Positions 36,776 to 46,764 of a stretch of 64,000 nt of DNA are shown here, piece after piece. The translations under genes and the position numbers were made by a program. This stretch comes from Candidatus Zixiibacteriota bacterium. GTDB lineage: Bacteria; Zixibacteria; MSB-5A5; SM1-73. The stretch covers positions 25,958 through 89,957 of the forward strand of contig JBAUFO010000083.1 in the NCBI GenBank assembly GCA_049679185.1, read 5' to 3'. Each line of letters begins with the position of its first letter. Position 1 is the stretch's first letter. The notes below the pieces were generated by a model, which saw only the letters and a program-made list of their open reading frames with translations, ran no database searches and was not told the origin of the DNA.

Positions 36776-38779
36776 TTGATGAACCGCCTTCAAATAACGA
36801 TTCTGGCAACTTGTGGACTTTTGATCTTAGCTCGCATCGTCGCTTCCTTCTTCCCCCACCTGAGATTCTGGGGCCTCAGTCAACTTCATTATTTTTCGCT
36901 GGAGTTCCGGATTGGACTATCCGTGATCGGGCTGCTGATCCTGATTCCCAGGGTAAACAAGATCGTGGCCGGGGTGCTGGGTAGGGTCTTTGACTCGATC
37001 GCGGAAAGACTCAAAAAGATGAACAGGTATCTGTTATACTCTGCTACCAGCTTCCTCAGCCTGATTCCTTTCTGGCTTCTCAGATCCAGGACGCCGTTGC
37101 TGGGTGACGGTTACATGCGGGCCGGGGAGATCAGAATGGGGAAGCTTTTCTCCGTGGCTGAACCGCTTGATGCTTTGCTACACCTCCTGTTCTCAAAGTT
37201 CTTCGGCCTTGATGCATACACCACCTATGGAGTTTTGAGCTGCCTGGCGGGCGGGCTATTTGTTTTTCTGCTTCTTCTTCTATGTGACCTCCTGGGAGAG
37301 AATGGCAGGGAGAAGTTGCTTATCTTTTCGGTGGTACTCACCATGGGGGCGACACTGTTGTTTTTCGGGTACATAGAGAGCTATACCCTCATGTATGCAG
37401 CTATGGCCGGCTACGTTCTTTTTGCCGTGAGATATCTGAAAGGAAGAGGCGGATTTTTGCTGCCGTGTGTTTTCATGGTCTTGACAGCCGGCTTCCATCT
37501 TTCTGCTATCTTCGTTCTACCCTCACTGTTCTACTTAGCCTTTGCTCCAGTTATCCCAGGCAGTGGACAGAAGGTCAGAAAGTCTCGGTTCGTCAACCCC
37601 GTAATCCTTACCTTTGTAACGGCTCTCATCGGATTAGGTTTTTACGTTGTGCGGGCTGGTTCCTCCCAAGGCTCGGTCGGTCATCTTTTGATTTACCCGT
37701 TCGGTGGTGGCGATGAAGGCTACTCTTTTTTTTCCCTGGGACACCTGCTCGACTTTGTGAACCACCAGATCTTGGTCTCTCCGGTGAATGTGGTTTTGTG
37801 GATGGTTCTTTTGCTTCTCTTCTGGAGGAGGATCAGCCTGAAAGACAATGTGGCCAGATTTCTGTTCTGGTTGGGCATCTGTTCATTGGGATTTGCCCTG
37901 CTGGTCGATCCCAAGCTGGGATATGCCCGGGACTGGGATCTCTTCGCCTTTTCCAGTTTAGGTGCTACCCTGCTGGGGTTGTATTTGATTTTGAGTCTTG
38001 TCGGAGAGCTAACCCAAGCGGCATCCAGTCCTGGACAGGAGCAAACGCCAGGGGGCGGAGAAGGCCGAGCAATGGATTTGAGGCCGGTCACCTTGGCTCT
38101 GGTTGTTACCTCCCTGGTATCCACCTTGCCCTGGATACTGGTCAACGCCTCGGAGCAAAAGGCGGTGGCCCGTTTTGAGGACCTGCTGAAGATGGATGAA
38201 AAAGGAACAGCCCACGGCTACGAGACGCTCGCCTGTTATTTTCGAGACAGGGGGGAACACCAAAGGAGCGCTAAATCATGGAGAGACGCCATTGCCTTAA
38301 ATCCGGGTCCCCGCTATTTCGGCGCCTTAGGAAACGCGTACCAGAGGTTGGGAGAATATGATAAGGCCATAGAGGCCTATGATCGGTCTCTCCGGATGGC
38401 GTCGCACTTTCCCGGCGTGGCCAGGGTGCATAAGAACTTCGGCAACACCTTAGCCAAAGCCGGTCGGTTTGAGGAGGCAGTGCTTCAATTGAAGAAAGCT
38501 ATCGACCTGAGACCGGGAAGAACGGAGGTCCATCAGAGTTTAGGCAACATTCTGGGAAAGCTGGGAAGATATCAGGAGGCAGTCCCGTACCTGGAGATGG
38601 CGCTGGAGTCGGACCCCGGCAACGTCGCCCTATACAAAGCGCTGGGAACATGTTACGCGGCAATGGGAAGAAAAGAGGAGGCTGGAATGTACCTGAAGAC
38701 CTACCTGCAATCGAGACCTGAGGATGCCCGGAAGATAGAAGAGATCATGGATAGCCTGGAAGTTGACATACAATACTAA
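36776..38779 (+). CDS. polytopic membrane + C-terminal TPR protein, paralog 3
   Basis: 667 aa; RFWGLSQLHYFSLEFRI, LLGDGYMRAGEI, DPKLGYARDWDLFAF. About 60% identical to paralog 4 across the membrane domain by eye. Confidence 0.8.
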   Translation: MMNRLQITILATCGLLILARIVASFFPHLRFWGLSQLHYFSLEFRIGLSVIGLLILIPRVNKIVAGVLGRVFDSIAERLKKMNRYLLYSATSFLSLIPFWLLRSRTPLLGDGYMRAGEIRMGKLFSVAEPLDALLHLLFSKFFGLDAYTTYGVLSCLAGGLFVFLLLLLCDLLGENGREKLLIFSVVLTMGATLLFFGYIESYTLMYAAMAGYVLFAVRYLKGRGGFLLPCVFMVLTAGFHLSAIFVLPSLFYLAFAPVIPGSGQKVRKSRFVNPVILTFVTALIGLGFYVVRAGSSQGSVGHLLIYPFGGGDEGYSFFSLGHLLDFVNHQILVSPVNVVLWMVLLLLFWRRISLKDNVARFLFWLGICSLGFALLVDPKLGYARDWDLFAFSSLGATLLGLYLILSLVGELTQAASSPGQEQTPGGGEGRAMDLRPVTLALVVTSLVSTLPWILVNASEQKAVARFEDLLKMDEKGTAHGYETLACYFRDRGEHQRSAKSWRDAIALNPGPRYFGALGNAYQRLGEYDKAIEAYDRSLRMASHFPGVARVHKNFGNTLAKAGRFEEAVLQLKKAIDLRPGRTEVHQSLGNILGKLGRYQEAVPYLEMALESDPGNVALYKALGTCYAAMGRKEEAGMYLKTYLQSRPEDARKIEEIMDSLEVDIQY

Positions 38780-38964
38780 TAATTGCGCAGAGATTGCCTG
38801 CGAAAGAGGCCCAAGCAAAGGCAGAACCGTTTATGCTAATTCAGGCAGTTCTGGAGCAATCAAGAATTCCTGCGGCAGTACGAATACTACATGCCTCTGG
38901 CTACGGATTGGGCGCAGGTAGTGTGGACCATTGACAATACAAGTAAAAGAATGAAGGAACGCTG

Positions 38965-41019
38965 ATGCCCAAACGCTCGGATGTAAAGAGCATCTCCATT
39001 GCAGACAGTGTGGGCGCAAAGATAGAGAGGTTTATTCTGCTTACCTGCGCCTTCTTGATCCTTGTTCGTCTGCTGGCTTCCTTCTTTCCCAACTTAAGAC
39101 TCTGGGGCATCAGTCAACTTCACTACTTTTCGCTGGAGTTCCGCATAGCAGTATCCGCTGTCGTGCTTTTGCTGCTGCTCCCCAGGGTGAACAAGATCCT
39201 TACCAGGGCACTGGCTGGAATCTTCGCCTGGATAGTAGGGAGATTCAGGAAGACCAACAGATATCTTCTGTACCTCGCCATAAGCGTACTCAGCCTGATC
39301 CCCTTTTGGCTTCTCAGAGCCGAAACGCCTCTGCTTGGTGACGGATACCTGCGCGCGGGTGAGCTCAAGCTGGGTGTCCTGTTGTCGATTACCGAACCTT
39401 TGGATTTCTATCTGCATCTATTGGTTTACAGGCTGTTCGGCCTGGACAGCTACACCACTTATGCGGTTCTCAGCTGCCTGGCAGGTGGACTTTACGTGTT
39501 TCTGACTCTTCTCTTATCGCATCTTCTGGGAAAGGACGGAAAAGAGAAGTTATTCATCTTTCTGATCCTGGCTACTATGGGAGCCACCCAGCTGTTCTTC
39601 GGGCACATCGAGAGCTACTCGTTCATGTTCGTGGCCGTCCTCGCATATATTTTCTTCGGGATCAGATACCTGCAGGGGAAAGGCGCTTTTTTGTGGGCCG
39701 GTCTTTTTCTCCTTTTGGCTGTGAGCTTCCATCTCACCGCTCTTTTCGTCCTGCCTTCTTTGTTCTATCTGGTCTTTGCCAGGTTTTCCGCAGCGAGCAG
39801 TTCGAAGGCCGCGAGGCTTAAGTTTGCCAATATCGTGGTCTTAATCTGTGTGGTCTTCGTGATCGGGGCCGCACTCCATCTTCGGGGCACCTACCTGACG
39901 GAAGAGACGATCGGCTCCCCTCTGATTTATCCCTTCGGAGGCGGGGAGGGCTTCTACTCCTTCTTCTCCCTGGCTCACCTTCTGGATTTCCTGAACCACC
40001 AGTTGCTGATCTCCCCGGTAAGCCTGGTCCTCTGGGCAGTACTTCTGGTTTTGTTCCGGAGGGAGATCAACTTCAGGGAGAACGTGGTTAGATTCTTGAT
40101 TTGGATCACGGCGTGCTCGTTTGGCTTCGCCCTGCTTGCCGATCCAAAGCTGGGATATGCCCGGGACTGGGACCTTTTCGCTTCTTGCGGCTTAGGTGTC
40201 ACCCTCCTGGGATTGTATCTGACGGTCAGTCTTCTCAGAGACCGGCCCAGGGCTGCGTTCGCTGCCGGACCGGAGCGAACGGCTCACCGGGAAGAAGGAG
40301 CAGTAATGGATTTAAGGCGGGTGACCCTGCTTCTGGTCGCCACCTCCCTGGCGTCGACTTTGCCTTGGATTTTGGTCAATGCCTCGGAGCAAAAGGCGGT
40401 CGCGCGCTTTGAGAGTCTGCTCTCCATCGATGAAGAAAGGGGGGCCCACGGCTATGAGACTATGGCCTGTTATTTTCGTGATAAGGGTGAGCACGAAAAA
40501 ACAATTGGATTGTGGAAAAACGCTATTGCCATCAATCCGATTCCACGCTATTATGCCGTGCTGGGAAATGCGTACCTGAGAGTGAAAAGATACGATGAGG
40601 CCATAGAGGTGCTGGAGAAATCCATAGGGATGGCGCCGAATCGCCGGGGCATCCAGTATTCGCATAGAAGCTTGGGCGTCTGCCTATCAGCAAAGGGTCG
40701 CTACGATGAGGCGATATCCCATCTGAGGATTGCCATTGATTTAGCACCCGGCAGAGCAGATTTTCATTATATCATGGGCAACATTCTGGGTAAGGCGGGA
40801 AGATACGAAGAAGCAGTTCCGTACTTCGAGACAACATTAGGACTGAACCCGGCAGAAATCAATTCGTATAAGCTCTTGGGGATAGCCTTTGCCCGAATGG
40901 GAAAAAAAGAGGAGGCCGAAAGATACTTGGAGACGTACCTGAGGTTGGCGCCACAAGATGCAGCCGGGCTGAAGGGGATAATTGATAGTATTGAAATTGA
41001 GATAGATTCCGGCCGATAG
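38965..41019 (+). CDS. polytopic membrane + C-terminal TPR protein, paralog 4
   Basis: 684 aa; RLWGISQLHYFSLEFRI, LLGDGYLRAGEL, DPKLGYARDWDLFAS; AAGGA RBS. Confidence 0.8.
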   Translation: MPKRSDVKSISIADSVGAKIERFILLTCAFLILVRLLASFFPNLRLWGISQLHYFSLEFRIAVSAVVLLLLLPRVNKILTRALAGIFAWIVGRFRKTNRYLLYLAISVLSLIPFWLLRAETPLLGDGYLRAGELKLGVLLSITEPLDFYLHLLVYRLFGLDSYTTYAVLSCLAGGLYVFLTLLLSHLLGKDGKEKLFIFLILATMGATQLFFGHIESYSFMFVAVLAYIFFGIRYLQGKGAFLWAGLFLLLAVSFHLTALFVLPSLFYLVFARFSAASSSKAARLKFANIVVLICVVFVIGAALHLRGTYLTEETIGSPLIYPFGGGEGFYSFFSLAHLLDFLNHQLLISPVSLVLWAVLLVLFRREINFRENVVRFLIWITACSFGFALLADPKLGYARDWDLFASCGLGVTLLGLYLTVSLLRDRPRAAFAAGPERTAHREEGAVMDLRRVTLLLVATSLASTLPWILVNASEQKAVARFESLLSIDEERGAHGYETMACYFRDKGEHEKTIGLWKNAIAINPIPRYYAVLGNAYLRVKRYDEAIEVLEKSIGMAPNRRGIQYSHRSLGVCLSAKGRYDEAISHLRIAIDLAPGRADFHYIMGNILGKAGRYEEAVPYFETTLGLNPAEINSYKLLGIAFARMGKKEEAERYLETYLRLAPQDAAGLKGIIDSIEIEIDSGR

Positions 41020-41177
41020 ATATAGCAGAGCATCTAAAGGCATTTCGCCGGCCAATGAGTTACTGCCCGCACGACCTGCAGAAAGACGTTTCACAAGGCA
41101 CGAGTCTGAAGTCCTGGAGCAAGGATGTTCTTACTTCATCGATTTGGTGAGTCCAGATATCTTTCAAGGGAGGAAGA

Positions 41178-43589
41178 GTGAACCTGATCAAGGAAGAAGA
41201 GAAGGTATCCGAAGAGGTCGAGAAAATAGGCAAAGAGCTTGCCGTTCTTCCCATCAAAGGAACGGTGGCCTTCCCGTCCCTCATCGTTCCCCTGGTTGTA
41301 ACCGAGCAGAAGTACGCCAAGCTGATCGATGAGATACTGACCAGCGGAAAGGCCATAGGGCTATTCGCCCGAAAGAATATAGAGGAAGAGCACGCATCTA
41401 TTGAAGACATCTATCGGGTGGGGACGGCTGCATCCATCCTGAAGATGCTGAGATTCCCCGACGGCAGCGTGAGGGTGCTGGTTCAGGGGTTGTCCCGGAT
41501 AAGAGTGAAGAGTTTCCTTGAGACCGAGCCTCACGCGGTGGCCCGGATTGAGGTTATCGATGAGAAGGTGGAGAAAAACGTTGAGGTGGAGGCTTTATGC
41601 CGGAACGTGCTCGATCTTTTGAAGAAGGTGGTAGACTTGGCCCCTTACCTCTCCGAGGAGTTACAGATCACCGCCATCAACACCGAAGACCCCAGCCGAC
41701 TGGCCGATCTGATCGCTTCAAGTCTGAACATAAAGGTGCCTCAAAAGCAGGAGCTTCTGGAGACCTTCGATGCCAAAGAGAGACTGAGGAAGGTTCTTTC
41801 GCACATCAACCGGGAAGTGGAGGTGCTGGAGCTTTCGCAGAGGATTCAATCTCAGACTGCAAGCGAATTGGGAAAGTCCCAGAGGGAGTATATTCTGCGC
41901 GAGCAGCTTAAGGCTATTCAGAGGGAGCTGGGGGAAGCCGACGAGAGAACGGCGGAGTTGGATGAGTTCAAGAAGAAGATAAAGGAAGCCAGGATGCCCA
42001 AGGAGGCCCTGGAGGCAGCCAACAAGGAACTGGACCGGCTTTCCAAGATGAACCCGGCTGCAGCCGAGTATACCGTTTCCCGAACTTATCTGGATTGGCT
42101 GGTCAACCTTCCCTGGAGCAAGAGCACCCGGGACGTGCTGAACATCAAAAAGGCACAGAAGATTTTAGACGAGGATCATTACGACTTAGATAAGGTCAAA
42201 GAGAGGATCCTGGAATATCTGGCGGTCAGAAAGCTAAAGGAGGACATGAAGGGACCAATCCTCTGCTTCGTCGGGCCTCCCGGTGTGGGCAAAACCTCCC
42301 TGGGAATCTCCATAGCCCGGGCCATGGGAAGGAAATTCAACCGGATATCGCTGGGAGGGATGCGGGACGAGGCTGAGATTCGGGGACACAGAAGAACCTA
42401 TATCGGCGCCCTGCCGGGCAGGGTAATTCAGGGGATCAGACGGGCCGGCTCGAATAACCCCATCTTCATGCTGGACGAGGTGGACAAGATCGGACAGGAT
42501 TTCAGAGGAGACCCGGCCTCAGCCCTGCTGGAGGTTCTGGACCCGGAGCAGAACAATACCTTCTCCGATCACTATCTGGACGTTCCCTTCGACCTCTCCG
42601 GAGTCATGTTCATCACCACCGCCAACGTTCTGGACCCCATACCCGGAGTGTTGAGGGATCGGATGGAGGTGATCGAACTTCCCGGCTACACAGATTTGGA
42701 GAAACTTCAGATTGCAAGAAGACATCTCATCCCCAAGGAGTTGGAAAATCACGGGCTTGGTTCCAAGAACGTAGAGTTTCAGGATAATGCCCTGAAGAAG
42801 ATCATCAATGATTATACCAGGGAAGCAGGATTGAGAAACTTAGGCCGGGAGATTGCCACCATTTGCCGAAAGGTTGCCAGGATGGTTGTCTCCGGTGAAA
42901 AGGGGAAACAACAGATAACCCCCAGAAGTTTGGAAAAGTTCCTGGGCCCGATTAAGTTTTTCCAGGAGATAGTACAGAGGGCCCCTCAGATAGGCGTGGT
43001 GCCAGGGGTTGCCTGGACCCAAACCGGTGGGGATCTGCTGTTTGTGGAAGCCACCAAGATGAAGGGCAAAAAATCTCTTACATTGACCGGCTATTTGGGC
43101 GAGGTGATGAAGGAATCGGTTAAAACTGCACTGTCCTATGTACGATCCGCCTGCGAGAGATTGGGCATCGACGAGAACTTCTACGAGAAATACGACATAC
43201 ACGTTCACGTTCCGGCAGGAGCCATTCCCAAGGATGGTCCCTCGGCCGGAATCACCATGGCAACCGCCATGGTCTCCCTTTTGACCGAAAGACCGGTCAA
43301 GCCCAAACTTGCCATGACCGGAGAGCTGACCTTAAGGGGAGACATTCTGCCCATTGGAGGTTTAAAGGAGAAATCCCTGGCCGCCTACCGGGCCGGCGTG
43401 GAGACTCTGATCGTGCCCGAAGAGAACCGGAAGGACATGGTGGAGATACCGGACGAGATCAAAAAGAAGCTGAAGTTTGGCTTCGTTGAAACGGTGGACC
43501 AGGCGCTGGCCTTGGCCCTGGATCAAAGGAAAAAAAAGGGAGGTCCGAGAAAAAAGACCGCCAAAAAGACGAGGCTTCCTTCCAGGTAG
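41178..43589 (+). CDS. lon: ATP-dependent Lon protease (endopeptidase La)
   Basis: 803 aa, GTG start with GGGAGGA RBS. LON N-domain, Walker [10 protein letters not shown], protease domain with PKDGPSAG (catalytic Ser) and the Lys in TGELTLRG...IGGLKEK. Confidence 0.95.
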   Translation: MNLIKEEEKVSEEVEKIGKELAVLPIKGTVAFPSLIVPLVVTEQKYAKLIDEILTSGKAIGLFARKNIEEEHASIEDIYRVGTAASILKMLRFPDGSVRVLVQGLSRIRVKSFLETEPHAVARIEVIDEKVEKNVEVEALCRNVLDLLKKVVDLAPYLSEELQITAINTEDPSRLADLIASSLNIKVPQKQELLETFDAKERLRKVLSHINREVEVLELSQRIQSQTASELGKSQREYILREQLKAIQRELGEADERTAELDEFKKKIKEARMPKEALEAANKELDRLSKMNPAAAEYTVSRTYLDWLVNLPWSKSTRDVLNIKKAQKILDEDHYDLDKVKERILEYLAVRKLKEDMKGPILCFVGPPGVGKTSLGISIARAMGRKFNRISLGGMRDEAEIRGHRRTYIGALPGRVIQGIRRAGSNNPIFMLDEVDKIGQDFRGDPASALLEVLDPEQNNTFSDHYLDVPFDLSGVMFITTANVLDPIPGVLRDRMEVIELPGYTDLEKLQIARRHLIPKELENHGLGSKNVEFQDNALKKIINDYTREAGLRNLGREIATICRKVARMVVSGEKGKQQITPRSLEKFLGPIKFFQEIVQRAPQIGVVPGVAWTQTGGDLLFVEATKMKGKKSLTLTGYLGEVMKESVKTALSYVRSACERLGIDENFYEKYDIHVHVPAGAIPKDGPSAGITMATAMVSLLTERPVKPKLAMTGELTLRGDILPIGGLKEKSLAAYRAGVETLIVPEENRKDMVEIPDEIKKKLKFGFVETVDQALALALDQRKKKGGPRKKTAKKTRLPSR

Positions 43590-43806
43590 AGCGAGAGTCT
43601 ACGTGTCGATTCCCCGGATTGCGTGCAAAGAGTCCTTTCAGAAGCTGGTAATATCACATACAGGAACTGGCGGTGAGCAGAAACCGGAGTGTGAAGCCCC
43701 GCCACTGCGGTATGTTGTACTTGAACTCGACCGTTGGTCCGCCTTGGGGAGGACACTCCAGGCGCGGAGAATCGGAATGCCGCCTCCGAGAAAACGCTTA
43801 AAGGTG

Positions 43807-43834
43807 TTGACGAACTTGAATTTCTTCCTATATT
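43807..43834 (+). promoter_or_regulatory. candidate sigma70 promoter (TTGACG, 16 nt, TATATT) upstream of the Memo-AMMECR1 gene
   Basis: TTGACG 43807-43812, TATATT 43829-43834. Confidence 0.45.
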
Positions 43835-44000
43835 CCCTGGTGCATTCTGAAGTGAGACGAGGTACGCGCATATGAGAAAGGATTTGCTTTTTTTGCTTTT
43901 TGTTCTGGTGTGGTCTATTATATTGCCAGGGTATTTTACCTGCAGCGATGGGTCCGGCTCTAAGGAAGAGCCGGGCTTAGAAAAGGAGGGAAGGTTCAAA

Positions 44001-45443
44001 ATGGGACAGGTCAGAAAGCCCGCAGTTGCGGGTCAGTTTTATCCCGGCGATCCGGTAACCCTAACCAGAGAGTTGTCGGATTTCTTTAAGAAAGCCAAAA
44101 AGGAGCCGGTGCCGGGAAAGATCGTGGCGTTGATATCTCCGCATGCCGGCTATATGTATTCGGGCCAGGTCGCAGCTTACTCCTTCAAGCTCTTGGAGGG
44201 CCTTTCCTTCGAGACGGTGGTGGTGATCTCTCCCAGCCACGTGGCTTACTTTCCAGGTGCCTCAATTTACAACGGCGGCTCTTACGAAACCCCCCTGGGT
44301 CAGATTCCTGTGGATACCACTCTGGCAGGGAAGATAGCAGATACGAGCAAAAAGGTATTTCTTTCCGACAAGGGGCACAGTTTTGCGGGGATGAGAGGAG
44401 AGCACGCTCTGGAAGTTGAGCTTCCCTTCCTTCAGCTGGTATTGGGCAAATTCAAGCTGGTTCCCATCGTCATAGCTGACCAGGACTGGGCCACCTGCGA
44501 GGCCCTGGGAGAAGCCCTCTCGAAGGCCCTTAAGGGGAAGAACGCCCTGATCGTGGCCAGTACCGACCTGTCGCATTTCCATCCGTACGATGAGGCGGTT
44601 AGATTGGACAACATCGTGATGAACCATGTGAACTCCTTCGATCCCGAAGAACTCCACTCCGATTTGGCCTCCAAAGTCTGCGAAGCCTGCGGAGGAGGCC
44701 CGGTGGTGGCGACCATGCTGGCTGCCAAGGGGCTGGGGGCAGACAAGGCCAAGGTTTTAGAGTATGCCAACTCCGGAGACGTGACCGGTGACAAATCCGG
44801 GGTGGTCGGATATATGGCGGCGGTGATCTATGACTCCAAACCAGCCGGTGACAGCAGAAAGAAATCGGAGGAAAAGAGCGAGGTTGTCGAATCCGGTCTC
44901 TCCGAGGATGACAAGAAAACGCTAATGAACATCGCCCGGACCACCATAGAGCACAGGGTGAAAGGAGAAGCTCTGCCGGAGTTTGAAGTCGACTCGCCCA
45001 TCTTAAAGGAGAACCGCGGTGCCTTCGTCACCATTCATAAGCAGGGGCGTCTGAGAGGATGCATCGGCTACATCCAGGCCATCAAGCCCCTCTACGTCAC
45101 CATTCAGGAGATGGCAGAGGCTGCAGCCCTCAACGACCATCGCTTTCCGCCGGTATCTCCGGAGGAGCTTGACGCTCTTGATCTGGAGATCTCCGTTCTT
45201 ACCCCCTTGCGAAAGATCGAGGACGTAAATGAAATAGAGACGGGAAAGCACGGGATCGTGCTGAAAAAAGGATACCACCAAGGTGTTTTCCTTCCGCAGG
45301 TGGCCACTGAGCAGGGCTGGGATCGGACCACCTTCCTCAACCAGATATGTTTCAAGGCGGGCATTCACGACAAGAACTGCTGGAAAGATGAGGACGCGGA
45401 GATATTCATCTACTCAGCCGAGGTTTTCAAGGAGAAGAAATAA
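44001..45443 (+). CDS. fusion of AmmeMemoRadiSam system protein B (MEMO1-like) and protein A (AMMECR1 domain)
   Basis: From the ATG at 44001 (AAGGAGG 10 nt upstream): MGQVRKPAVAGQFYPGDP ... ISPHAGYMYSG (Memo family), then the C-terminal AMMECR1 core GAFVTIHKQGRLRGCIG ... GVFLPQV. The listed ORF start at 43872 adds a hydrophobic extension with no RBS. Confidence 0.8.
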   Translation: MGQVRKPAVAGQFYPGDPVTLTRELSDFFKKAKKEPVPGKIVALISPHAGYMYSGQVAAYSFKLLEGLSFETVVVISPSHVAYFPGASIYNGGSYETPLGQIPVDTTLAGKIADTSKKVFLSDKGHSFAGMRGEHALEVELPFLQLVLGKFKLVPIVIADQDWATCEALGEALSKALKGKNALIVASTDLSHFHPYDEAVRLDNIVMNHVNSFDPEELHSDLASKVCEACGGGPVVATMLAAKGLGADKAKVLEYANSGDVTGDKSGVVGYMAAVIYDSKPAGDSRKKSEEKSEVVESGLSEDDKKTLMNIARTTIEHRVKGEALPEFEVDSPILKENRGAFVTIHKQGRLRGCIGYIQAIKPLYVTIQEMAEAAALNDHRFPPVSPEELDALDLEISVLTPLRKIEDVNEIETGKHGIVLKKGYHQGVFLPQVATEQGWDRTTFLNQICFKAGIHDKNCWKDEDAEIFIYSAEVFKEKK

Positions 45444-45465
45444 ACCTGATACCTCCTTTGGCAAA

Positions 45466-46707
45466 GTGAAGTCACTAAGAATAGTTCTTTACCTGGGATT
45501 AATCTTCGTTCTACTGGGCCTGATGGTGTGGGCGGGTCTGTTCAAAGCGCAGACGGGCGCAGACCTCAGTTCAGCCGCGCTGAGCCCTCCGCTTCTGGCT
45601 TGCATTTTCAAAGGAGAGCTGGAGAAGAACGAGTCTCTTTACCTTTCCCTCCTGAGGAAAGGTCTCTCCTATCAGCTGATTCATCAACTTACCTCGGTCC
45701 TCAAAGGCAAATTGGATCTGAAAAAATCCCTGCCGGGAGATTCTTATACTCTGCTATCCACCCCGGACTCCATTCTCTTCTTCGAATACCAGAAGGGCAT
45801 GCGCGAACGATGCACCTTGACAAGAGAAAACGGTGAGATGACGACCGTGGTTGAGCCGGTCGAATTCCAGTGCATCGTAAAATCACTTCAGGGGGAGATC
45901 GAGAGTTCTCTCTGGCTCTCAATGATAGGCCTGTGCCAAAGCCCGGAACTGATCATGAAGCTCACCGAGGTCTTCGAGTGGGAGATAGACTTCCTGACCG
46001 AGCCACGGAAGGGGGACAGGTTCAGGGTGATGTTCGAGGAATATTACAAGGGGGGGGATTTCGTAAGATACGGCGACATCCTGGCTGCGGAATACAGCTC
46101 GAGCGACGGGGCACATCAGGCGCTGCTGTATCGATCTCCCGAGGGGCGCAAGGGATATTTTGATCCTTCCGGCAAGTCGGTGAGGAAGGCATTTCTGAAA
46201 TCTCCTTTGAATTACAGGCGAATCAGCTCCCGCTTCTCCTACAGCCGGTTTCATCCGATCTTCAAGAGGTATCGACCGCACCTGGGAGTAGATTATGCCG
46301 CTCCGGTGGGCACTCCGGTGGTGGCATCCGGCGATGGGGTGATCTCGTTCGCCGGTTGGAAAAGGGGCTTCGGGAAAATCGTGGAGATTCGCCATCCCAA
46401 CGGATTCGTCACCATGTATGGACACCTTTCCCGCTTCGCCAGGGGAATCACGAGGGGTGCAACAGTAAGGCAGAAGGACCTGATAGGATACGTGGGGAGC
46501 ACCGGGTGTTCCACCGGCCCGCACTTGGATTATAGAGTGAAGGCGGATGGAAGATACGTAAACCCTCTCAGGATGGTTGCCCCTCCCACCGATCCAATCA
46601 GAAAAGAATATCGGGAGGATTTCCGAAGACACTGTGAAAACCTTCTCTACGCGCTGGATCTTCTCACTGGAAAGAACCTTCTCGCCTCTTGGGGTGTCAA
46701 CGAATGA
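45466..46707 (+). CDS. M23-family metallopeptidase (LytM/NlpD-like) with N-terminal membrane anchor
   Basis: HLGVDYAAPVGTPVVASGDGVI ... GYVGSTGCSTGPHLDY (HxxxD and HxH M23 motifs). GTG 45466 chosen as start; the longer ORF from 45283 overlaps the previous gene by 160 nt. Confidence 0.8.
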   Translation: MKSLRIVLYLGLIFVLLGLMVWAGLFKAQTGADLSSAALSPPLLACIFKGELEKNESLYLSLLRKGLSYQLIHQLTSVLKGKLDLKKSLPGDSYTLLSTPDSILFFEYQKGMRERCTLTRENGEMTTVVEPVEFQCIVKSLQGEIESSLWLSMIGLCQSPELIMKLTEVFEWEIDFLTEPRKGDRFRVMFEEYYKGGDFVRYGDILAAEYSSSDGAHQALLYRSPEGRKGYFDPSGKSVRKAFLKSPLNYRRISSRFSYSRFHPIFKRYRPHLGVDYAAPVGTPVVASGDGVISFAGWKRGFGKIVEIRHPNGFVTMYGHLSRFARGITRGATVRQKDLIGYVGSTGCSTGPHLDYRVKADGRYVNPLRMVAPPTDPIRKEYREDFRRHCENLLYALDLLTGKNLLASWGVNE

Positions 46708-46764
46708 TTACCTCAGATAGATTCCCTCGATTATCCTCTGTGCTCTAATCTTGAGCCGGGCACT

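Noticed and set aside
43872-44000. N-terminal 43-aa hydrophobic extension of the Memo-AMMECR1 ORF (would imply a lipoprotein/secreted form)
   Set aside because: No RBS at 43872. A strong AAGGAGG-ATG at 44001 coincides with the conserved Memo N-terminus (AGQFYPG), and a candidate promoter lies inside the extension.
45283-45465. Long N-terminal extension of the M23 peptidase ORF overlapping the previous gene by 160 nt
   Set aside because: The overlap is implausibly long. The in-frame GTG at 45466 starts directly at the membrane-anchor helix; the extension is Arg/Ser-rich low-complexity.
45919-46632. 237-aa minus-strand ORF
   Set aside because: Antisense within the M23 peptidase gene; the M23 HxxxD/HxH motifs are on the + strand.
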